Source of the DNA: Bacilli bacterium
GTDB lineage: Bacteria > Bacillota_I > Bacilli_A > RF39 > UBA660
Length of the DNA stretch: 64,000 nt
Direction: 5' to 3'
Assembly (NCBI GenBank): GCA_017472015.1
Contig: JAFURC010000049.1
Span: forward strand, 22,220-86,219
Part shown: piece after piece, positions 53,644-62,371 of the stretch
Numbering within the stretch: position 1 is the stretch's first letter
How the letters are laid out: the number at the start of each line of letters is the position of its first letter
The notes under the pieces: generated by a model
What the model was told of the DNA's origin: nothing
Databases searched by the model: none
The model's input: the letters and a program-made list of their open reading frames with translations, nothing else
Program-made: the position numbers and the translations under genes

Positions 53644-53802
53644 TTGAAATTAAGTAATGAACAATTAGAAAGGTTTACTGAAATCTTTGAGATTAAAGTT
53701 AAATCAGTGATTCTAATTGAAAAGAAAAATGTAATTACAATTGTAATTAATTCTGTAATTATATTTGATGTCAAAAAAGATCTTGTAAAAGATTTGTTTT
53801 AA
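53644..53802 (+). CDS. Candidate 52-aa ORF (MKLSNEQLERFTEIFEIKVKSVILIEKKNVITIVINSVIIFDVKKDLVKDLF)
   Basis: GGGGGA RBS 7 nt before TTG; below the track cut-off; its 3' end overlaps the stop of the convergent gene by 4 nt. Confidence 0.4.
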   Translation: MKLSNEQLERFTEIFEIKVKSVILIEKKNVITIVINSVIIFDVKKDLVKDLF

Positions 53803-54401
53803 TCTAAATAATTTCTTTTAAAAATTTCAACGAAATCCAAACTAGGATAAACCTCGTTGAATTTTTTTTGTGCAATTCTATGATGCTTATCTTGAAGAAT
53901 GATATCATTATGTATCTTCATATGACAATCAAAGCAAACAGGAATAACAAGACCATACTTGATAGAATTAAGTCTATTTTTGCCAAAGCAGACTTCGTGG
54001 ATATGTTCTTTCTTTGCACCACATACAAAACAATGATTCATATCATCAGTTATTATACTAGTTCTGTTTCGCTCCATTTTGGCAAGTTTGTTGCTTTTCT
54101 TTGACATTTTAGGAGTTTTTTTCTCATACTTTGCACTATTTTTTGAAAATTTAGTGTTTTTTTCCATTTTAGGGTGGACTTTTTCTTTTATAACCGGACT
54201 TTTGTTTATTTGATGGTTATTTGATACCATTTTACCGACGTCGGGAATTTGTTCAATTGCATTATTAATATTCTTAAATGTGCAGTTATATTCTTTATAT
54301 ATGCAATTAGAACAATCTTTAAACGTTATTATTTTATTTGTTAGTTTACATTCTAGTTTTCTATTTAATTTTTGTTTTAAATATTTACAATTATTATTCA
54401 T
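53799..54401 (-). CDS. Cys-rich Zn-finger / HNH-like protein with NinG-like architecture
   Basis: AAGAGGT RBS; N-terminal Cys cluster, K-rich linker, C-terminal CFVCGAKKEHIHEVCFGKNR...PVCFDCHMKIH; 200 aa. Confidence 0.5.
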   Translation of the reverse strand: MNNNCKYLKQKLNRKLECKLTNKIITFKDCSNCIYKEYNCTFKNINNAIEQIPDVGKMVSNNHQINKSPVIKEKVHPKMEKNTKFSKNSAKYEKKTPKMSKKSNKLAKMERNRTSIITDDMNHCFVCGAKKEHIHEVCFGKNRLNSIKYGLVIPVCFDCHMKIHNDIILQDKHHRIAQKKFNEVYPSLDFVEIFKRNYLD

Positions 54402-54403
54402 TT

Positions 54404-54424
54404 TTTACCTCTTAATTACATCTT
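54404..54424 (+). repeat. TTACCTCTTA and TTACATCTTA (11-bp phasing), candidate arm-type Int sites
   Basis: Matches the pair at 19254-19274; the first copy also serves as the RBS complement of 53799..54401. Confidence 0.3.
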
Positions 54425-54527
54425 ATTTTTATAAATTAAGGTAAATCGAGGTAATTAATTTTAGATATTATTGGCATAAAACAAGGTATTTTAGTAATAG
54501 TTAGGTGTAATTAAAGTGTTTAATCAT

Positions 54528-54546
54528 TTCCTACTGGGGACGCCAT
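54528..54546 (+). repeat. attR core (TTCCTACTGGGGACGCCAT)
   Basis: Identical to 19185-19203. Confidence 0.85.
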
Positions 54547-54554
54547 TTAAATAT

Positions 54555-54586
54555 AGTTATTTTGCTTGAAATAACTTCTTTTTTTT
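54555..54586 (+). terminator. Original host terminator of tRNA-Arg
   Basis: AGTTATTT/AAATAACT stem followed by a T-run. Confidence 0.6.
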
Positions 54587-54617
54587 AGTAAAATAAAATT
54601 AGAAAATAGGAGTGGTT

Positions 54618-56249
54618 ATGAAAGAAATTTTAAATTTTATTGATGAAGGTATTCAATTATGTTTATTTATTAATAATGGTAATTTAGTTTATGGAAAAAG
54701 ATTAGATGATAAGATTTCCTATGATATTACAGATAATCAAAGAGAACTTATAAAAAATGTTTTTTATAGTTTATTACCATCAAATATAATTAAAGATTTA
54801 GGATATATAAAATATAATAATAAAAGTATTAAACATTTATATGATTTAAATAATAATTATCATATTTTTTATGAAGATAATTATCAAATAACTGAAGATA
54901 TACTAAATTTAAATTCTTTATTCAACAATCAAGAAGAATATCTTGCAAGTTACAATAAGAAAAATTCATTTAAAAGAAGTGAATCGAGATATACCAGAAG
55001 AAGAGTAAAAATTAAAGATAAGGTTATACCAGTTTTAGTACTAAGTACATCCTTAATATTAATGACCTTACTTTCTATAGAAGGAATTAAAAGAATTGAC
55101 TTTAGTATTCAAAATTATAAAGAAAATGAATTAGTTTCCAAATATCAAGATAATGATGTTAAGTTAGAAGATATTATTCAATTTATTAACAGTAATCCTA
55201 ATTTAACAAATGAAGAAAAAGAATTTTTCTTATCATGTCCTGAGTACTTTCAAGATAATTTAGAATATTTCGATTATTATACATTAGTTAATAATTTAAG
55301 TAATATTTATATAAATTATATTAATGATCCATCTAATGATGGATTTTCTGGGGATTATACTTATTATGGAAAGAATAAAAATCGAATTCGAATTTATGAA
55401 TCAACTGATTTTACTAATTGTAAAAAATCAGCTTTAAGTCATGAATACTTACATTCATTTACAAATCATTCTCTTCAAGATAATTATTTTTATGAAATAG
55501 TTAATGTTATTTTTAATAATGAATATTTTGGTAGTGATTCAGAATTATTTTATGATAGCAGTTATCCAACTTTAAGAAAATATTTTTATATAATTGCCGA
55601 AATAATTGATCCAAATATTTTAAGACAATATCATGCTAATAATGATATTAATTATTTAATTGAAGAATTAATAAAAATTATTCCTGATAGAGATTTAGCA
55701 ACTAATTTATTCTTAAATATAGATTTTATTTTTAGAATAGATTTATTAAAAGAAACTGATCCTATAGAATATGAAAAATATAAAGAAGAATATAAATTAA
55801 AAAAACAAGAAGTTGATAATCTTTTAAAACAGTATTATGAAATTAAATATCAAAGTAGTATTGAAAATAATATAAACGTTTTCTATTGGTTTAATCAAAA
55901 TGTGGCTGTAACCAAAATAGCCGCAGAATTAAATTTAGATAGAACTGCTATTTTAAATGCTGATAATTTTACAGCAATTAAACAATTTAAAAAAGTTTTT
56001 AATAAAGATGATAATGATAATGATAATTTAATTTTATATATTCCAAATGGGTATAAAGAAGTTGAAAAAATCTATACTTTAGAAGAAGTTTTAAATGGAG
56101 AAACTGGATTTTTATATAAAACGGAGGAAGAAATTGACTTACCAAAACTTCCTGATGGGAGATATTTAGGAGTTGTATATTTACCAAGCACTTACCTTGA
56201 TTATCAAGTTCCTTATGAATTTTCTAAAGAATTAACAGGTCATATATAA
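54618..56249 (+). CDS. Membrane-anchored protein with HExxH motif
   Basis: AGGAG RBS before ATG 54618; TM segment VIPVLVLSTSLILMTLLSI; ALSHEYLHSF. Confidence 0.55.
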   Translation: MKEILNFIDEGIQLCLFINNGNLVYGKRLDDKISYDITDNQRELIKNVFYSLLPSNIIKDLGYIKYNNKSIKHLYDLNNNYHIFYEDNYQITEDILNLNSLFNNQEEYLASYNKKNSFKRSESRYTRRRVKIKDKVIPVLVLSTSLILMTLLSIEGIKRIDFSIQNYKENELVSKYQDNDVKLEDIIQFINSNPNLTNEEKEFFLSCPEYFQDNLEYFDYYTLVNNLSNIYINYINDPSNDGFSGDYTYYGKNKNRIRIYESTDFTNCKKSALSHEYLHSFTNHSLQDNYFYEIVNVIFNNEYFGSDSELFYDSSYPTLRKYFYIIAEIIDPNILRQYHANNDINYLIEELIKIIPDRDLATNLFLNIDFIFRIDLLKETDPIEYEKYKEEYKLKKQEVDNLLKQYYEIKYQSSIENNINVFYWFNQNVAVTKIAAELNLDRTAILNADNFTAIKQFKKVFNKDDNDNDNLILYIPNGYKEVEKIYTLEEVLNGETGFLYKTEEEIDLPKLPDGRYLGVVYLPSTYLDYQVPYEFSKELTGHI

Positions 56250-56308
56250 AATACTTTAGTTAAAATAAATCATTCGTGGTATACTAATACTATATTGAGG
56301 AGGAACTT

Positions 56309-57169
56309 ATGAGTAAGGTTTATTTTACCAAAGATTTAACCAGTCAAGGATTAATTAAAATTTATCAGGCTTTAAATGAAAAATTAGAAGGACATGTTGG
56401 AGTAAAAATTCATTCAGGAGAAAAGGGAAATCAAAACTTTTTAAGACCAGAATTTATGAAGCAACTAATTGATTTAGTAAATGGAACAATTATTGAATGT
56501 AATACAGCATATGATGGAGAAAGAAATACTACCGAAAAACATATAAAACTATTAGAAGATCATGAATGGATTAAAAACTTTAAAGTTGATATTTTAGATA
56601 GTGAAGGAGATTTGGAATTAAAAGTTTTAAACGGAAAACACTTAACAACTAATTATGTTGGTTCTAATATTGCTAATTATGATTCTATCTTAGTTTTATC
56701 GCATTTTAAAGGACATCCAATGGGAGGATTTGGCGGAAGTTTAAAAAATATTTCCATAGGACTTGCTTCAAGTTATGGTAAAGCCGTTATTCATGGAGCT
56801 GGTGATCCTGATAAAATTTGGACTGCCGATCATAATTCATTCTTAGAATCAATGGCTGAAGCTGCCAGTAGTATCATGGAATATAAAAAAGATAAAATTG
56901 CTTTTATTAATGTTATGAAAAACATGTCAGTTGATTGTGATTGTTGTAGTGTTGCCGAAGATCCTAAAATATCTGATATAGGAATTCTCGCATCATGTGA
57001 TCCTGTTGCCCTTGATAAAGCATGTCTTGATTTAGTTTATAATTCAACCGATCCGAAAAAAGATGATTTAATAGAAAGAATTGAATCAAGAAATGGTATT
57101 TTAACAGTTTTAAAAGCCGCAGAACTAAATGTAGGTTCTTTAGAATATGAACTTATAAATATTGACTAA
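56309..57169 (+). CDS. DUF362-like protein
   Basis: GAGGAGG RBS; N-terminal VYFTKDL...VGVKIHSGEKGN pattern; CDCC cluster. Confidence 0.5.
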   Translation: MSKVYFTKDLTSQGLIKIYQALNEKLEGHVGVKIHSGEKGNQNFLRPEFMKQLIDLVNGTIIECNTAYDGERNTTEKHIKLLEDHEWIKNFKVDILDSEGDLELKVLNGKHLTTNYVGSNIANYDSILVLSHFKGHPMGGFGGSLKNISIGLASSYGKAVIHGAGDPDKIWTADHNSFLESMAEAASSIMEYKKDKIAFINVMKNMSVDCDCCSVAEDPKISDIGILASCDPVALDKACLDLVYNSTDPKKDDLIERIESRNGILTVLKAAELNVGSLEYELINID

Positions 57170-57177
57170 AAAACAGT

Positions 57178-58029
57178 TCACTTTGAACTGCTTTTTTTAA
57201 TTTCTTTAATAAAATTTAATAATTCATCATGCATATCACTTCTTTTTAGTCCAAAGTAAATATTTGCTTTTAAATAACCAAGTTTACTACCAATATTAAA
57301 ATACAATCCTTCATAAACAACACATCTAACTTGATCTTTAAAATGTAGAAGGGCAGTAGGTAATTGTAATTCATTACTATGATACACAAGTTTATTTTTA
57401 ACTTTAAAAATATCTGAATTTAAAATAAATCTTCCTTGAATAATATCATTACTTGGATTAATACTATCTTTATAACAAATATTATCTAAAACATTTCCAT
57501 CTTTATATTTAACAATACCAAAATTCGGTAATTCATCTTCTTTTAAAGTCCTACAAGCAACAACCATATTATTAGTTCTTTCATATTCCATTATTAATTG
57601 TTTTAAAAGAGGAGTATCACTAATAACTAAATCATCTCCATACATTACTCCAAAAGTTTCATTCTTTAAATAATTTCTAGCTGACCACAAAGCACCATAA
57701 GTACCTCTAATCTTTTGAATAACATAAGTAAATTTCATGTTTTTAATAATTTCTAAAACTTCTTCCATCATTTTTACTTTTTCTTTATTACCTTGAATTT
57801 CTTTCATCAAAGAATTATCGATACTAAAAAAACTTTTAATTAAATCAATATTCTTTTTAGAAACCACAAAAATAATTTCTTTAAAACCACTTAAATAGGC
57901 TTCTTTAACTTGCAAAAAAATCGTTGGAACATCAATTATGGGAATCATTTCCTTAGATACAGTTTTAGTAATTGGTAACATTCTAGTACCAAGTCCTCCA
58001 ATAGTAATTACACATTTCTTTAACTTCAT
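57178..58029 (-). CDS. galU: UTP-glucose-1-phosphate uridylyltransferase
   Basis: GGLGTRMLPITKTVSKEMIPI N-terminal motif. Confidence 0.75.
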   Translation of the reverse strand: MKLKKCVITIGGLGTRMLPITKTVSKEMIPIIDVPTIFLQVKEAYLSGFKEIIFVVSKKNIDLIKSFFSIDNSLMKEIQGNKEKVKMMEEVLEIIKNMKFTYVIQKIRGTYGALWSARNYLKNETFGVMYGDDLVISDTPLLKQLIMEYERTNNMVVACRTLKEDELPNFGIVKYKDGNVLDNICYKDSINPSNDIIQGRFILNSDIFKVKNKLVYHSNELQLPTALLHFKDQVRCVVYEGLYFNIGSKLGYLKANIYFGLKRSDMHDELLNFIKEIKKSSSK

Positions 58030-58118
58030 AAGTCACCTCTAAAACAATTATAATATAAATTTACTTTAAACAAAATATAAATACGAAAAAAATCATTTTA
58101 ATAACAAAATTAACTATC

Positions 58119-58147
58119 AAAAAATGCTAAATTATTTGTCGAATAAA
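58119..58147 (+). repeat. 29-bp intergenic repeat copy A containing TTTGTCGAA
   Basis: AAAAAATGCTA-N6-TTGTCGAATAAA; about 23/29 identical to copy B. Confidence 0.7.
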
Positions 58148-58282
58148 TTTACTTCCTTGAAATATAAGATAAATAAAATATGTAAAATTCTTTATAAAAA
58201 AATTTAAAATAAGAAAATAAATTTACATCTATTATTATAAGTGTTATACTAAATTTGTTTTTATAAGACATATTATGCTTTT

Positions 58283-58311
58283 AAAAAATGCTATATAATT
58301 TGTCGAATAAA
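58283..58311 (+). repeat. 29-bp intergenic repeat copy B containing TATAAT and TTTGTCGAA
   Basis: Same architecture as copy A, 164 bp downstream. Confidence 0.7.
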
Positions 58312-58323
58312 CTTGGAGGCTAT

Positions 58324-58533
58324 ATGAAAAAGAATTATAAATTATTTTATTTACTTTCAATTATTTTAGTAATTATATTTTTAGTAATACTTCTTATAGA
58401 TTATATTAATTATGATATTACAACCTCATTTCCTTTTTATGCAACGATAATATTTAGAATTATTCAATTATTAATACCTAGTTTAATTTCATTTATAATA
58501 GGCTTTATCTTAAATAAGAAAAATAAAAAATAG
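58324..58533 (+). CDS. Small membrane protein
   Basis: GGAGG RBS before ATG 58324; two TM segments. Confidence 0.55.
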   Translation: MKKNYKLFYLLSIILVIIFLVILLIDYINYDITTSFPFYATIIFRIIQLLIPSLISFIIGFILNKKNKK

Positions 58534-58588
58534 ATAAGAATAATTTTTTTAATAAGTTAAATACTATAAATAGTTAATTGGTGATTAT

Positions 58589-59293
58589 ATGAAAAAGAAT
58601 TTAATTATTTATATGACTTTATTAAGAATATTAGTTCTTATTTTTTTAATTAAAGAAATTTTTACGAATTATTTAGTTAGTATATTATATGGAGTTATAT
58701 TATTAGTATTTATAATAGGTTTATTTAAGAATATGAATAATAATAAATTAAAATATCTTTATAATTTTGAAAATTTAATATATTTATTAATATTTACTTA
58801 TGAATTTAATTTATTATATACTAATTCTCCTTATTGGGATACCGGTATGCATGCTTTAACTGGGTATCTTGCTGTTTTATTTATTTATACATTTTTCATT
58901 TATTTAAAACGAATTAATAAGTTTAAAAAAATATATCCCTTTTTAATAACACTCGTTGGTTTTTGTTTTTCAATTACTGTTGGATTCATGTGGGAAATAT
59001 TAGAATATTCGGTTGATAAAGTTTTAATCCAAGATAATCAAAGAGATTATTTAGTTAATGAAATAGCATCTTATAAATTTAGTAAAAATGGATTAAAGAC
59101 TGAAAGAATTTATAATATTTATGAAACAATTATTTATTATAAAGAAAAAGATATGGTTAAAACCTTAAAAATAAATGATGGTTATTTAGATATTGGAATA
59201 AATGATACTATGAAAGATTTATATGTTAATTTAATTGGATCAGTTATGGGAAGTTGTTTTGTTTATTTAATTTTAAAAGAAAAAGATATTTAA
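58589..59293 (+). CDS. Multi-TM membrane protein (YjdF/DUF2238-like)
   Basis: Hydrophobic profile; WDTGMHALTG...MWEILEY. Confidence 0.5.
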   Translation: MKKNLIIYMTLLRILVLIFLIKEIFTNYLVSILYGVILLVFIIGLFKNMNNNKLKYLYNFENLIYLLIFTYEFNLLYTNSPYWDTGMHALTGYLAVLFIYTFFIYLKRINKFKKIYPFLITLVGFCFSITVGFMWEILEYSVDKVLIQDNQRDYLVNEIASYKFSKNGLKTERIYNIYETIIYYKEKDMVKTLKINDGYLDIGINDTMKDLYVNLIGSVMGSCFVYLILKEKDI

Positions 59294-59333
59294 AAACTTA
59301 TAATCTTATGGTATATTTTAAATGGAGGTAATT

Positions 59334-60074
59334 ATGTTAAATGGAAAAGTTGCAGTTATAACTGGTGGAACAAGAGGAATTGGTTATAGCATTGTTAAAA
59401 AGTTTTTAGATAATGGTTGTAAAGTTGCTTTACTTGGTTCTAAAGAAGAAACAGTTTCTAAGGCAATTAAAGATTTAAAAGTAATAAATGAAAATTATGA
59501 AGTAATAGGTTTTTATCCAAATTTATGTAGTCAAGATGAAATGGGAGAAATTTTTAAAAAAGTTAAAGAAACATATGGGAAAATTGATATATTAGTTAAT
59601 AATGCCGGAATTTCATCTAAAACTAAATTAGAAGATTACGAGGAAAGTGAATATGATAAAATAAGTGATTTGAATATTAAATCGGTATTTACTTCTAGTA
59701 AAATGGTTTTACCTTATTTAAAAGAAACCAAAGGAGTAATATTAAATACTAGTTCTATGGTAAGTATTTATGGTCAACCATCTGGGGTAATGTATCCGGC
59801 TAGTAAGTTTGCTGTTAATGGAATAACTAAGTCATTGTCTCGTGAACTTGCTCCTTATGGAATTCGGGTGAATGCGGTTTTACCTGGAATAACCGAAACC
59901 GATATGGTTAAAAATTTACCTAAAGAAATGATTGAACCTTTAATAAAAACAATTCCTCTTGGAAGAATTGGAACACCTGATGATATTAGTAATGCTTTTC
60001 TGTTCTTAGCAAGTGATATGGCAAGTTATATAACTGGGGAATTATTAAGTGTTGATGGAGGATCAAGAAGTTAA
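59334..60074 (+). CDS. SDR-family oxidoreductase (FabG-like)
   Basis: GGAGG RBS; TGGTRGIG, NNAGI, YPASK. Confidence 0.8.
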   Translation: MLNGKVAVITGGTRGIGYSIVKKFLDNGCKVALLGSKEETVSKAIKDLKVINENYEVIGFYPNLCSQDEMGEIFKKVKETYGKIDILVNNAGISSKTKLEDYEESEYDKISDLNIKSVFTSSKMVLPYLKETKGVILNTSSMVSIYGQPSGVMYPASKFAVNGITKSLSRELAPYGIRVNAVLPGITETDMVKNLPKEMIEPLIKTIPLGRIGTPDDISNAFLFLASDMASYITGELLSVDGGSRS

Positions 60075-60118
60075 AAAAATAAACTAAAGTTTATATAATC
60101 AATATATTCTTTAGTTTT

Positions 60119-60613
60119 TTATTTTTCAGTATAGTCTTTAATTTGAGAATAAGATTTAATTAATTTTTCGTATATTCCTTTAGGAGAATTAGCGGGTGAT
60201 GTACTCGGTAAGTAAATTGCTTCAATTTTAGTATCTTTAAAACAATATTTTTGATATAAATTATAAGCTTTCCTACCAGTTGTAAAGATAACTTTAATAT
60301 CACTTTCTTTCAAGATATCAGTTAAATTATTTGGAATAGGATTTTTAATTGAAGAATCACTTGATGATGTGATTTCACAACTTTTAATTACATCATAAAG
60401 TGCAATATGATGATTTTTTAAAAATTTAATTTTATCTTCTTTAGTATTTTCAATTTTTTCATTATAAACTTTTTCTAAAATAGACCAAAAACGATTTTTA
60501 GGATGTGCATAGTAAAATCCTTCTTCTCTTGATTTAATAGATGGAATACTTCCAAGAATTAAAACCTTAGAATTTTTATCATATATGGGTTCTAATGTAT
60601 GAAAAACTTGCAT
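60119..60613 (-). CDS. DNA-deoxyinosine glycosylase (UDG superfamily)
   Basis: ILGSIPSIKSREEGFYYAHPKNRFWSIL. Confidence 0.65.
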   Translation of the reverse strand: MQVFHTLEPIYDKNSKVLILGSIPSIKSREEGFYYAHPKNRFWSILEKVYNEKIENTKEDKIKFLKNHHIALYDVIKSCEITSSSDSSIKNPIPNNLTDILKESDIKVIFTTGRKAYNLYQKYCFKDTKIEAIYLPSTSPANSPKGIYEKLIKSYSQIKDYTEK

Positions 60614-60724
60614 TTAAATCACCTAAGTTAATATACTATAAATTTAATAAAACAACAATAGAAAATATTGATTATTAGATAAAATTTTGTTATGATTAAT
60701 TTAAGTTTAAGGATAGGTGAAATA

Positions 60725-61084
60725 ATGAATAAAAAGGGATTTACTTTAGCTGAATTATTAGCTGTTATTGCACTACTTGCATTAGTTATGATGTTAGTAG
60801 TACCAGGAGTATCAAGTTTAAAAAGAAATAATGATAGAAAACAATATCAAACTTATGGTGATATGATGGTTGAGTATACTAAAACTATACCTTTATATAA
60901 ACAAAAGGGACATGTTTGTTTAAGTGACTTGAATATGCAACCAATTAATAATAAAATTACTTGTAATGGTTATGTTTTAATAACCAATAATGGTAATACT
61001 TTAACTCCATATTTATCATGTACTAATAGTAATGGAGAAGAAACATATAAAACAACTGGTTATAGTTTACCAAGTGGTTGCTAA
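60725..61084 (+). CDS. Prepilin-type (ComGC/type IV) pilin
   Basis: KKGFTLAELLAVIALLAL N-terminal cleavage/methylation motif. Confidence 0.75.
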   Translation: MNKKGFTLAELLAVIALLALVMMLVVPGVSSLKRNNDRKQYQTYGDMMVEYTKTIPLYKQKGHVCLSDLNMQPINNKITCNGYVLITNNGNTLTPYLSCTNSNGEETYKTTGYSLPSGC

Positions 61085-61126
61085 TTTAAATAAAATATAG
61101 TATAATTAAGCCTCAAGGAGATAATT

Positions 61127-61561
61127 ATGGAAATTAATTTAATGGATTTAAATAATCAAGAAAAAATTATTATTGATGAACTTATAAGTTATTCAGAGGA
61201 ATTTTTAAAAACTACAGAGATTATTTCACTTAATGATGTATCAGTTGTTGGGGAAATAAAAAGAGATTATGAAAACAATAATCTGGTTAAATTAGATGTT
61301 AGTGGGCAAATGTATATAACTGATGCCATCACATCAGAAGAAGTTCCTTATGAATTTCAAATAGAAATTGAAGAAATTTTAGAAAATTCATTAAAAACAC
61401 TTGATTTAATTGAATTTTTATGGCATTATATTGTATTGGAAATTCCTATTCGCTATACAACTAGTGATACCAAGGAACTAAAGGATAAATATAGTGATAT
61501 TTATTTTGAAGATGAAGTAAAGGAAATAAATAATCCATTTAAAGATTTCTTTAAAGAATAA
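61127..61561 (+). CDS. yceD: YceD/DUF177 protein
   Basis: Acidic protein directly upstream of rpmF. Confidence 0.6.
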   Translation: MEINLMDLNNQEKIIIDELISYSEEFLKTTEIISLNDVSVVGEIKRDYENNNLVKLDVSGQMYITDAITSEEVPYEFQIEIEEILENSLKTLDLIEFLWHYIVLEIPIRYTTSDTKELKDKYSDIYFEDEVKEINNPFKDFFKE

Positions 61562-61576
61562 GAAAGGAGCAATGAC

Positions 61577-61759
61577 ATGGCTGTACCATTTAGAAAAGTT
61601 TCAAAAACAAGAAAAAGAATGAGAAGATCTCATAATGCTTTAACAGCAAAAACTGTAACTTCTTGCCCAAATTGTGGTGAAATGATTAAACCACATCGTG
61701 TTTGCAAAAACTGTGGATATTATAAGAAAGAAGAAATAATTAGTAAAGATGAGAAATAA
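61577..61759 (+). CDS. rpmF: 50S ribosomal protein L32
   Basis: [19 protein letters not shown]...CPNCGE...CKNCGYY. Confidence 0.95.
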   Translation: MAVPFRKVSKTRKRMRRSHNALTAKTVTSCPNCGEMIKPHRVCKNCGYYKKEEIISKDEK

Positions 61760-62315
61760 TCATCTTTTTTTTGGATTATTTGTTGGATCATTTAATCCAG
61801 TAACAACTAGTCATTTAAAAATAACTTTAGATTTATTAGAAGATAAAATAGTAAATCATATTTATTTTCTACCAGTTAATAGTAAAAAAACTAATTTAGA
61901 ATCTATAGATAGAAGACTTGATATGCTTAATTTAGTTTTAACTAAAAATATGACATCTTTAAATATATATAATTATAGTGATTCAGGAATATTCAATTAT
62001 TTTGTTTTAGAAAAAATAAATAAAGATAAAAAAATAACCCATATAATTATGGGAAGTGATTTATTTTTAAAGTTTTATACATTTACTAACTACGAAGATA
62101 TATTAAAAAAATATTCTTTAATTATTATTAATCGAGGAAATAATTTAGAAAAAGAATTAGAAAAATATGAAAATTATCGAGATAAAATAATAATAATTAA
62201 TAAAACCTATCCCGGCTCATCAACTGAATCAAGAAATTCTTTAAAAGAAACCAAGAATATTTATTTAGATAATAAAGTATTAGATTATATTAAGAAAAAT
62301 AACTTATATAACTAA
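61749..62315 (+). CDS. NMN/NaMN adenylyltransferase-like protein
   Basis: [11 protein letters not shown] matches the GSFNPxTxxH nucleotidyltransferase motif. Confidence 0.55.
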   Translation: MRNNHLFFGLFVGSFNPVTTSHLKITLDLLEDKIVNHIYFLPVNSKKTNLESIDRRLDMLNLVLTKNMTSLNIYNYSDSGIFNYFVLEKINKDKKITHIIMGSDLFLKFYTFTNYEDILKKYSLIIINRGNNLEKELEKYENYRDKIIIINKTYPGSSTESRNSLKETKNIYLDNKVLDYIKKNNLYN

Positions 62316-62371
62316 TACTTTTTTGTTATAAAAAAATAAATTATTCATACACTTAAGTGAATGGAGGATAT

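Larger units (their letters stand above)
19185..54546. mobile_element. Integrated temperate siphovirus-type prophage (~35.4 kb)
   Basis: 19-bp direct repeat at both ends, tRNA target, integrase at the left end, complete lysogeny, replication, packaging, head, tail and lysis modules. Confidence 0.9.

Noticed and set aside
14-56187. Other short antisense ORFs in the track: 14..352, 2115..2330, 3546..3767, 3992..4264, 5174..5521, 7391..7654, 7817..8011, 15991..16422, 26569..26805, 27263..27466, 29381..29599, 29421..29648, 30590..30778, 34275..34505, 35399..35590, 37809..37997, 38811..38993, 40226..40447, 43572..43781, 47050..47259, 53360..53629, 53553..53774, 53868..54104, 55999..56187
   Set aside because: Each is nested opposite a longer, better-supported gene or a regulatory region. 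Their F/I/L/S-rich translations are typical of the reverse strand of AT-rich coding DNA, and no RBS was seen.
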